Part shown: piece by piece, positions 33,824-44,526 of the stretch
Layout: each line of letters starts with the position of its first letter
Position numbering within the stretch: the first letter of the stretch is position 1
Assembly (NCBI GenBank): GCA_051362555.1
Contig: CM120640.1
Location: forward strand, 62,660,788-62,724,787
DNA from: Lingula anatina
Taxonomy: Eukaryota > Animalia > Brachiopoda
Reading direction: 5' to 3'
DNA length: 64,000 nt
Notes under the pieces: model-generated
What the model saw: only the letters and a program-made list of their open reading frames with translations
Told to the model about the DNA's origin: nothing
Databases searched by the model: none
Position numbers and translations under genes: made by a program

Positions 33824-36800
33824 CGGAATAAAAAATGGCAACCAGCAGCGGCATATTCATGACTTTAGGAAGGGAAGTAGTAGGTACAATAAAAAGATTA
33901 TCATAAAGTCATACATAGTCATCGGGGTGAAGAGGGGTAAAATTTGGACTTGCCCCGCTCCCCCTACAGCTTCATGTACCGTCGTATGTGAAAAAGTTTG
34001 AATGCTACTTGTTTCTCATTCAAAGGCACAGTCCGCAAAATCTGCATTATTTCGCAACACATTACATAAATCTTGTTTAAAGACTGCAGATTGTCATAAA
34101 AATCACCACAATCACAAAGCTAAATGTATCTCTACATTCATTGCAACAAATAGATATTTCTATAGAAAAGTTGCATGAACATTTTAAGGCAAAAATGTTT
34201 ATTCAACAATCGACATTGATATAGTATGGCTACTGTCACTAAACTATCATTTAGCAGCAACCAGGTAGGTAGGTTCGAGAGGTCATTTAATTGAAATTCG
34301 TTACCGTGCTATAATAGGAGCATGTGGATGTGCATGAGGGGTGTAAATGTGCCCTACTACCTGTTCAGCATCACTTCCACAGCTGCACCTTTACTGGTGA
34401 ACTCCTCTCAGGTAGGTTGACGTAATTCAAACGTCTTAGCTGGATTCAATGGCAGTCAGTTTCTCTCAGGTGTCCACACGAAAAAATAAAAAAAGATTTT
34501 ACGCAAACTTTAATTTGAATAGAATTGTTTCACAAGGAGTAGACCTACATAAATTTGCATCGCGCAGGTAAAAGTAATTGCTAGAATTTAACTTGTATTA
34601 CATTGACTGTGTCACCTTTTTATTTCAATTTTGTAGTAAGTGCCTGATTATGCATACATGTACTTTTCTACACATGATTATGTGTCTAGAATGCTTGCTA
34701 CGTTGTTTTACCTCAAAGTTAAGAGACGCCATACAATTTGTTTGTCCAGTAATAGTACAGTAGTTTATTTACTTATTTCTTTGATTTAATGTATCCAGAT
34801 AGGACAGAGTCCTTTGTTGTCGCGGGACAAATAAATACATTAATTGCAGAAAAGCAACAAATGTTTAATAATTAATTTTTCATTATCAGATATTTTGCAC
34901 AAACATTATTGTTTTACAATAAAGGTATCGTATCCGGTATCTTCCCCTCAACATCAAATCACTTTAGAAAGAAAGTAATTTTCTCCTTTTCACTAAACAT
35001 TGCTCGACACCCCTGCTCATGGATTCGACGTTTTGTGTCATTTTTTATTCCAAAATATTTAGTCTACCGTGTATCCCTTACATGTCCTAATGAAATATCG
35101 TCACTAGGTACTTTTATTTGAAGAGTTTGTTTAAGGACCTAATTAGTAAAGATAACTAGCTTAGCACATTTTGCATGAGATGCACAACGACAAAAAATGA
35201 TAATGTTGTGTGACAAGTTGTTTACACGCAAACTCTTAAGGAAACCCTGAGTTACTTGCAGCTGCCTATACCTAGCACTGGAAACAGCAAAGATATGCTT
35301 GTGATAAAGGCGATTTTCTGATAGTTGGAAAGTTAGGGTGGCAAGGACAGGCGGTAGGAATGCCTTTCTTTGATCTGTAAAGTGAAGATAAAAAAGGGAA
35401 AGGTTTTTGCACCAGGTACTAGTTTCATTCTTCACTACCAAACAAAAGATGTTAAATGACAGCTTATTCCTACCAGGCTAAAACGACACTGGAAAGAGGT
35501 TACAAAAACTTTTTCTACGGAAGTACGAATTTGCTATTACGAAAAAACCTTCAGCAGAAAACTTTACATACGTTACTTCACTATCACAACACTTTTGTTA
35601 CTTCATAAAAACAATTTACTTATAAATATTACAAGTCGAGAGAACACGTATATTTTACATGAATGAATAAGGCGATGTAATTTTTTAAAGGTTGTTTTAT
35701 TCATGTGACATTTGAATAACTGAGGTATAAATATAATAGCCGGAAACTGTGGCCTTTTAAAAACGAACATATACAGTAAATGTAGACCTTGATTTAAATC
35801 AGTCCATGAAAACTTATGTTTTTCCATTTATTTTGTTAGGTCATTTAACTCTTGAAGTGTTTGCATTTAAGATCCATTAACCTTTCTTAACTGACTACAT
35901 GCCCAATTACATTTAAATTATAGCGACTCCAGTACACATGAAGTCGAAATCTTGAATTTTCTTTACATGAGGTTCTGTCTGCCCACACTTCTGAATGATG
36001 CTAGTTATATAAGATACGTATGATGGAAAAGAAATTCAAAAATACTTCTAAGCCAATATCACACAAAATTGATTTGTCAATTTGAAGTCTTCTGCTTTTC
36101 TAAACTAAATTCTCATATGCATTGAATTAATTAGCAGATTGAATGTGCGTAAGAATTGCAAAAAATTAAAACGGCTCTGCATGACCTCTTGTAACAGCAC
36201 CCTTACATTTTTACCTTAGAAAGTCTCAATTTATGTATTTTTTCCACGTATGAAAACACCGTGCTTACATTGCCATCCATCCGTACGGCATATTTCTTTC
36301 CTGTGTAATTTATTAACCTACAATCCTTCAATTATTAAATATGCAGCAACGATTCAAATTTTCTTTGTCTGTGTGGTGATCTTCATCTTACTTGTTTTTT
36401 TATAATAGCAAACCCGGAACAGCCCCAGATGGGTGAGACTGCTTGTTTTAAGGGTTTTTTTTCTTTTAACTTGTCATTTTATCATAATTAATATATTCCA
36501 CATATAAGATGGAAGGTGTTGTATTGCAGATTTTAATGAAGTTGTACAGCTTTTTTAACAACAAGCAATGTCGTTGCTTTTATTGATATCAAAATCTTTC
36601 TCTCGGAAATGGACAACCCCATATCTTCCCCAAATGCATCAATTTAATGATTGGGATCTAAAAGGCAATGAAACCAATAACAAAAGGCCTTGACTTTGAT
36701 CTAGTAATAAATGATTGCACAATGCCGAGGAAATAAATATACTGGCAGACATTGTGTAAGAAACAGCCATGCCCGAGCATAATATGCCGCCGCACGCGTT

Positions 36801-37554
36801 ATTGTACAGCATCTATAGCAAGTCCATCTTACGAGGCTCATTATATACATGTTTATTGCTGTGTTTTGTTGCCCTTTGTTGCCCTTTTGTTGCCCTTCTA
36901 AAAATGGGACGTATTTTCCTATCAGTATACAGCACTGGTTATGATACTGGTACTGATGTTATAATATTATATCTGAGAAATTCACATTTACACGGTGCAT
37001 AGCGCATAAAACACAAAACACGTGTGCCTTTAGTGCTTCGAACATTTGTTTGTTTTTTTTATATATTAGGTTAACAGATGATGACATGATGTTTTTATAT
37101 TCATGCATTGTCGAGATCTACAGGTACACTGTAGTCTGATTACTTGCAACAGGGCCTTTAATATTATCTTTTTTCATTTATTTATAATTCTGGTTTCTGG
37201 ATCACAAAGTCTTACTTTGTTCAAATAGCAGTGGTGACATGTTAAAGAACAGATGCAAAAGTAACACGAACACATCACTTCAGAGCCTGGGGTATTCCTT
37301 CATTTTCTTTATTTTTCTTTAAATTTCGTAACACTGCAAAACTGTGGGTTTGTTCATAACCGTACAAATTTAGATAGAAAATCGACCAATTGACGTGTTG
37401 AAAACCCCACAAAGAGAGTGAAGTCCTGATGGAATGCAATGGATGTCCCTATATTATTTGGTCGTTTTGTGACGCCAGTTTAGACCATTTCGGGTATCGG
37501 TTGGCCCGGCTACGAATATCCTTTACGTCCTCCCAGATTGATGTGTTCAGGGTA

Positions 37555-38195
37555 CGTGAAGGAATGAATAATCACAACGGGGAATAGAGAGCTCCGTGAT
37601 CTACACAAATTCAATCAGCCACTATAATTTTCGACTACCAGAGGACGTTTTTCATTAGAATTGAATTATATGAAATATGTCCGTGTCACTTATGGTATTT
37701 GTATTAATTTACATGTACAAAAAAAAGTACTCCAGATGATAATTCCGTCGTTCTTAATTCTTAAGCACGCCCAACAAATAGACAAAATTTGGATATTGAT
37801 ATGTAATTGAATAATTATGGTGGTTAAATGTCTGTGTACAGATTAATTGAATCAAATCCATGTCAAGGTATTAGTAGATGTCTGACTGTAATAAAAGGGC
37901 TAAGAGAAATACTTGAACTGTTGATTGCCAAGTAAGCATCAAAAGATTTAAAGTAGGCCTATACCCAGTTATACCTGCAGTGGTAAAGATTTTTTAGTCA
38001 AGGCATACTTGGTCTTACTTCCGATGGTCTTAAACTGGCCAAGTTATCTGACATGAAAGGCTGCTAACGAATGTAGTCAATTTTCTCCAAGGTCATTTAT
38101 ATGGTGTCGAGCCAACTTTGAAATGCATCTTACATGTACGATTAGGCCAGGCCAATTCTTCTGTAAGCTAAACTAATATCATTCAACTACGGTAA
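37555..38195 (+). repeat. Dispersed diverged direct repeat, copy A
   Basis: Colinear similarity to 42507-43080, starting CGTGAAGGAATGAATAATCACAAC..GGAATAGAG and including TGATCTACACAAATT.AATCAGCCACT, TGGATATTGA and GCCAATTCTT. The 3' boundary is approximate. Confidence 0.7.
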
Positions 38196-39055
38196 GTCAA
38201 GAAAAAAGTGCTTTTTTCCTTAAGAGAATACAAATCGCACTTTAAGGCTTAAATCGCAAATCAAATGTACTATTGATGATATTCAGATGCTGACATCAGT
38301 CAACTGACAAATTACATCCTTGCAACACGGACGTAACAAAGTTTTGGTAATTAAGTCAATGGGGCCAAGTACTGTTTTCGAAGCGTAATTCTTCACGTGT
38401 AGAAAATTACTGGTAAAAATGGAAGTCCCACGCCGTCCTCATGGACTAAGTTAAGGAAAGTGAGCCGTGGGTTATATATTAGCATTGATTCCTCTATCTT
38501 GTTATAAATATGATAAATGCTGCCAGAGGTGGTGCAAACCTGTTACTGATACAGAATAGTATAGAACTGAGGCATGTGTGTGGTACTAGACCTCAGTTCG
38601 TTTTCTCTGCCGGGTTATTTGGTTCCCAGAGAAAGACTTAATCAAGTTGAGGTATTGTATTTAAAACTCAGGGACAGGGAGCACGCTCGTTATTAGGGGG
38701 AATTACTAAGCTATTTTTTTCCAAACTTTCGACAGCTATTTGCTTCTCAAATGAGCTTCATTAAGCGCAGCAGTCGACAGAGTGTAACTCTCAATGAAAA
38801 TAAGATTTAATAGTCACACTGGCAGACTTGCTCTGATTTGCCTTTAGTGTATTTATTCAAAGAGAAAAAATTTACCTACCGCATCTTGATTGCATCTTAG
38901 AAGTGGAATTGTTCTAGAAGTTATATGTATAAATCGACGAGTAACTTTCAAAGAAGCATAAAGTTTGTTTCATCCAACATATTTTTTATTTCATTTTCAG
39001 GCAGAAATCGCGGTGGTGAGAAGCCAATATTACTGAGAGTCACAGGCTGCTCCCA

Positions 39056-40462
39056 ATGCGGTTGGCAGTGCAGATAGGCCTTCTTTTGATATTTGGAGTG
39101 GTGGTTGTGGTCATTGTCGTGATTGTCCATGATGTCACAGAGAAAAATAAAACTACAGGGGACAATATGCGGCACCGGGATATTTTCCGTGCAACAAATT
39201 TTTCCAGAACATTCAATTTAACATTGGCACTGCCACAAAATTTTCGGAACACAATTGTTAAGACTTACGACAGAAGTTTTGATGGAGAAGTGTACACACC
39301 CAAGAGCACAGAAAAACGTGCAGTGCCAATTGCTGCGTATTCTGCTATGCCATTCCTTGCAGTGGCTGCTTTCATAGTGTTTCTTTGCCTAAAAGGCACT
39401 ACTTGGTTTAAAGAGGATCTCCACGAACCTTACTTTACAGAGGATACAAAATCACACTCTATGCATAAGGAGATGGTTAACTGGTTATCAGATTCTAAAC
39501 CAACGAATGCTTTGCCTCCGCCATACAAAGCCCATACTAGGTCCAAGCGGAAAGAAAAAACGAAAGTGAAACCCCAGCTCGGGGAATCACACCTGCTTAT
39601 GCAAATGTTATTGAAAGCCGAGGAAACAAATTTTGGTACAAGTAAAGAAGTCATTTTGACAAGAAATCTTTTAACTAGAGACGTTGCAGTGGATACAAGA
39701 GACATTGGTTTAAATAGTGAAAGTGATTATACCGTTTCGTATAGACAAACGCCTAGGATCAACCAAAAGCGCAGATTTCAAGTAGACAATTCATTTCCTT
39801 GGGTTTCACCAAACCATTCCCATGCAGGTTGTGAGAATAATGCAAATTCCTTACATAATTGCAGACATGACAGGGACCATCCTCACCAAAACCACGGAGT
39901 GAAACATCTAAAGCCGAGGCACGCGGACGTATTTCATGCCTTTCAGCCTAGTGTATTCCATGGTTTACACTGTGGCCACGCGACGCAAACTCTCACTGTA
40001 CAAGCTGAGTGCCACCCGATTCCAAACATACGGACACATTCTCCGGAAACTGCTGGGCCAAAGGTGTTTTTATCACAACCGTCACTCACCAGTGACATCA
40101 GTGACAGAAGTCTTATCCACGACGCACATTATTTGTCACCAAACCAACACACAACCTTGCGTTTTAGCAACAATTCTGAAAACAACCTCTGTGTAGCAAG
40201 GAGTGCGGTCGACAGATACACTTCCCCGGACGATGGGAAAGAGAGACATACATTGCACAACGATATTCAAGACAACGATAGACCTTCCATACGTTCTTCT
40301 GCATATTTACCGATAAATGTACATGTACCCCCTGAAGACGTGACGTCTTCCTCGGAGAGCTGTGCCAGCCACACACTTAGCAATAATGACGCAGATAGTG
40401 GTTGCTTCACGGAAAATTTAGCGCGAAATGAACTTACCAGAAGTTCCATGGAACCACGATAA
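39056..40462 (+). CDS. Uncharacterised 468-aa membrane protein (two hydrophobic segments, long low-complexity tail)
   Basis: 1.4-kb uninterrupted ORF in AT-rich DNA, preceded by a strong acceptor TTTCATTTTCAG at 39000. N-terminal signal/anchor, sequons NKT/NFS/NLT, second TM AYSAMPFLAVAAFIVFLCL, PPPY motif. Confidence 0.75.
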   Translation: MRLAVQIGLLLIFGVVVVVIVVIVHDVTEKNKTTGDNMRHRDIFRATNFSRTFNLTLALPQNFRNTIVKTYDRSFDGEVYTPKSTEKRAVPIAAYSAMPFLAVAAFIVFLCLKGTTWFKEDLHEPYFTEDTKSHSMHKEMVNWLSDSKPTNALPPPYKAHTRSKRKEKTKVKPQLGESHLLMQMLLKAEETNFGTSKEVILTRNLLTRDVAVDTRDIGLNSESDYTVSYRQTPRINQKRRFQVDNSFPWVSPNHSHAGCENNANSLHNCRHDRDHPHQNHGVKHLKPRHADVFHAFQPSVFHGLHCGHATQTLTVQAECHPIPNIRTHSPETAGPKVFLSQPSLTSDISDRSLIHDAHYLSPNQHTTLRFSNNSENNLCVARSAVDRYTSPDDGKERHTLHNDIQDNDRPSIRSSAYLPINVHVPPEDVTSSSESCASHTLSNNDADSGCFTENLARNELTRSSMEPR

Positions 40463-42030
40463 AGTAATTGAAAGCCTTTGGGGATTTTATTTTTGAGGCA
40501 AGAACGCGGAACTCCTTACCCTGCGGATTGTGTGTACACGAGATATTTTACGTGATCGGCCACACAGCTTATCTGAAAAAAAAAAATCGGTTCATTGCGC
40601 AAACAGTACCCCGTTGAGTGACTTTCACTCTCTCGTTTGGTTGTTTTTTCAGCACACGAGGACCGACTAGAAGTCGATTGGCACTGCCTTATAGGCAGGG
40701 GCTTAAATAGTTCCAATTACCAAAAAATGCCGATAGTGGATGACGGTTGATTTTGAAGTGAATCTTAAGGTTCTGCCTTCAGTCTTCCTGGGTACTTGGC
40801 TTTGTTTCAAAGGACCAATCACTCGAAAGAAAAAAGCAATACACTATAAAAGTACATTAATTCAGTTTTTTCCTATTAATACAGAGTATTTCTATTAATA
40901 CAGAGTGTCAAGTCTAATATCTTTGATAAGAGTGAGCTTACAGGTCTGGGAAAACAGAGGTCAATAACATCTTTTCGTTCGATTTGCGCTTCACGTTTGT
41001 ATACAAAAATAAAGAAACCTCTCAGGGTGGCTAAAGGGAGTCAGTCCCCTCCCCCTACACAAACACACACACACACACAAACGTAAACAAACACACCCTA
41101 AGATGGATCCACCTTTGGGTAAAAATTCCTAAACCTGATATAAAGACTAAAATTGAACATTTATCACGTATGTCCAGTTTTCATTTGAGAGCACAAATTT
41201 CACCAGAAATCGGACTTGGTAACTGAGAGCATTGAGGTCTAACTTTTAGTAGAGTAAGAGCCGTATATTTCATTACTGTTCCTTAAAAGTATCAGGTAAA
41301 AAGCTGCAGGCTGCAGCAGTAAACACATATGAATGGCACATTCTATATAATCAGGTAACCAGAACAAACTACAGTATATTAGGAGCCTATGTAAAACACC
41401 CCATGTATTAGATCTATCAGAAACATTTAGTTTATACTGCATCCGGGCGCTCATTTTCAAAGTTAGCATTTAACAATTAACCTTGTACATAGTTTGTGAG
41501 TAGTTGAAACGATATCAATAAGTCACCACTGCTCATGAAATCTAATCTAACACAAAACATATCTCTACAGACATTAAAATAAGCATAACAACATGTACGT
41601 ATTATGTTTTCTGTTTTGCAGTAATAGTTTTTTTTTCATGAAAAAGGGGAATCGGGCCAATATTGTACACGAGATCAGGCAGTAGTGACGACCTGTCATT
41701 TTTTGAAAAAACTCAAAGCAGCAAAAGGAACTATCCTCAACTAAAATTTTATAGTAAAATGAACTAATAAAAACTACTAATGCATGCCTTTCTTGGCATT
41801 TTTCTGAACCGCTTTTCTTGTCAATTTTTGTAAAAAAAAAAAAGAAAAAAAAGAACTATGTTTTATACCCCTCAGCAACTGACAAACAATACAGACTTGA
41901 GAAAAAAGCATTTTCACATTTTCATCCGTGCTCTTCGAATTCAAGACAACGTTTTTACTGTAATTCGGGGATGTTTCTGGGAGATTTAAAGTTTATATAA
42001 TTATCATTATACCTATTGAGGAGAACTGTT

Positions 42031-42080
<50 letters not shown>
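42031..42080. repeat. (TAC)n trinucleotide microsatellite
   Basis: Directly visible. Confidence 0.9.
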
Positions 42081-42506
42081 AAACATAAATTTTCTCATCA
42101 GAATGGATTGTCTTATCAGAACATCTCTGTAACTTTTCCTTGTGGGTCTAGAAAGGTGGCTTATAAAGAGTTTAAAAGATAGCCATTGCATTGTAATTGT
42201 AGCGATAAACCAATATCATAAATAAACTATGGTACTACCTTTATGACATTTTTATCTTTCTAAACAATATTTTTAGTGTTTCAGATACCAAAATATTTTA
42301 TATCTAAACAATGCACTCAAGAACTGAGAAAATAAGGGTAGACCTACCACAATTAAGTTTGTGCTGCCACCAAGCGAGTGAGCCCGACACTAAACACCAC
42401 TTTTTAGGACTCAGTAGGTGTTTCTGTGCAGTTTTTTTTCGTCTAGTGATGTCAGTTAGCCTATCTCCAGTAAGTCTGACAGTGAATATGTAGTTCGTCC
42501 CCGATC

Positions 42507-43080
42507 CGTGAAGGAATGAATAATCACAACTGGGAATAGAGTGCTCTCCTTGATCTACACAAATTTAATCAGCCACTGTAATTTTCTTTTGATGCAGGAA
42601 TTTCTTCATCAAAATTGGATTACAAGACATATATTTTGTTACTTATATTATTTTACCTGTACAAATAAAAGTACTCTAGATTATATATCTGTCATTCTAA
42701 TCTTAATTCTAAAATACGCGCGACACTTAGGTAAAATCTGGATATTGAAATGTAAATGGATAATGATAATGGATGAATGTCTGTGCAAAGATTAAGTTAA
42801 TTCAGCTCCAAGGTATTAATAGATCTCTGACAAAAAAGAGACTAAAGAAAATAATTGCCAGGCAAACAAAATACGTCTTTGATACAGTGTATCACTGTTA
42901 AAGGTTTATTATTAGGGGCTTAATTGGGCCTTTCTTCGATGCCCAAAAACTTGCCATATAATTTATCTTACCGCCAATGAACGTATAGTTATCAGTTGTT
43001 TTCAAGATCATTTGCAAACTTAAAAATACAATTTACGACAGGACCGCCAATTCTTTTGTGAAATTAGAAGTATTACGGTT
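42507..43080 (+). repeat. Dispersed diverged direct repeat, copy B
   Basis: Colinear similarity to 37555-38195. Confidence 0.7.
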
Positions 43081-43941
43081 TCTCCGTAAAAGAATGGGTT
43101 AACAGTTTGGTGTAACTAGCAAAACAAATGTTCTTTAGTTAGAATTCAGAATGCTAACTTTAGGATATACGCAAAGTGATATATATAATGCCAACTCTTC
43201 AAGTGACAATGTTTTGTTACGCCAACAAAACAACAGGGCACAGATCGAGTTCTCTCTTCATCTCTCTCTCTCTCTCTCACTTCCCTACAAACATTCGCAG
43301 TGTCATTTCTCATGTGCGCGCAGTATTTATGAGTATTGTACCAGTACGTGGTACGTTGGTAATGTATGATTTGACACATTACTGACAAATCAGATACAGA
43401 CTTCACGAACCCATCGATGACATTGACGGCGATTGTATATTTTACTGAACGGTTAAATCCCTTGCAAATAGGCTTATAATATTTTATCCATTTCTTGAAA
43501 TGTTTGTCACATGATTTGCAGTTTTCTACTGTAGAAAGCTGATAAATTATTACTTTAAAACGGAAGAAGGGAGGTTCTTCTTCCATCAACTAAATTATAT
43601 CTGTTGAGCAATTTTAACATAACTTTTTCTGTGAATGTACCGAACTGTGCGTACTGCAATGATCACCACGACTACACTCGAGCGTTAACTACATTGTACA
43701 GTACATGTACAATGTAGGCCTACATATACTATTGGTGTACTCTAGCCCTTAACTTGAGAAACATGCTACTTTGTCACAAAAAGAAAACATGAAAAATACG
43801 CAACGCGTGTGGCGTGTACCTGCTCAACCAGATCGCTTTCTTTGTTATTGTCCTTATCATTTTACAATATACATTACAATACCACGTATATCGAGAACGA
43901 GGCGAATGTTTGGAGAGTGTTTGTAGTCATCACATGATTTG

Positions 43942-43964
43942 GGGGAATCCCCTACACACTTCCG
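43942..43964 (+). promoter_or_regulatory. NF-kB (Rel) binding site with an adjacent ETS core upstream of the CARD-Rab gene
   Basis: GGGGAATCCCC (43942-43952) fits the 11-bp p50-type kB consensus; ACTTCCG at 43958-43964; donor CAG|GTATGT at 44018/44019 suggests a short first exon just downstream. Confidence 0.6.
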
Positions 43965-44526
43965 CCAGTGCTAAAAAAAAGTAGCCATCTTAATTTATCA
44001 ATTCTGTGGGCAATGCAGGTATGTTTATCACAAAAAAAGATGTTAATGATCACTCTGTGGTTTGCCGAAGAGTGTCACGTTTGGAAATCAGGAGTTTTAT
44101 TCAAGGGCAGGCGAAATTTGCGATACATCGTTATTACAAATGTCATGTGAGCAATTCTTTGAATAAACTCCCATCAATTTTAGAGATGCCAACCTGAGCA
44201 TAGTTTTGACTTTGATGAGCATTGACATTTTATAGTATACATTTAAGATTCATTTCACTAGTTTAAGTATGAGTTCCAGTGAAATCGTTCCAGAGAAATC
44301 CTTTTAGACTTGTCAGGGAGATAAATTCAGATATACACTGTACAGTACATGTACATGTAAATATACTGGAAGCCTACTTCACTCTACACCCAAATTTGTA
44401 TGTACAAAATATGTACATTGAATCACATTAATTAAAAATTGTTACATGTATAACTTTGAATAATTCTCTTTTTTTCAGGATTTTTCCTTTTAATTTATTC
44501 AAACATTGCGTTAAGTCGACATCAGT

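Noticed and set aside
28600-37500. Scattered 60-164 aa ORFs, e.g. 29575-30069, 31432-31704, 32880-33155
   Set aside because: No recognisable motifs and no consistent exon chain; probably intergenic/UTR-intron DNA with old repeats.
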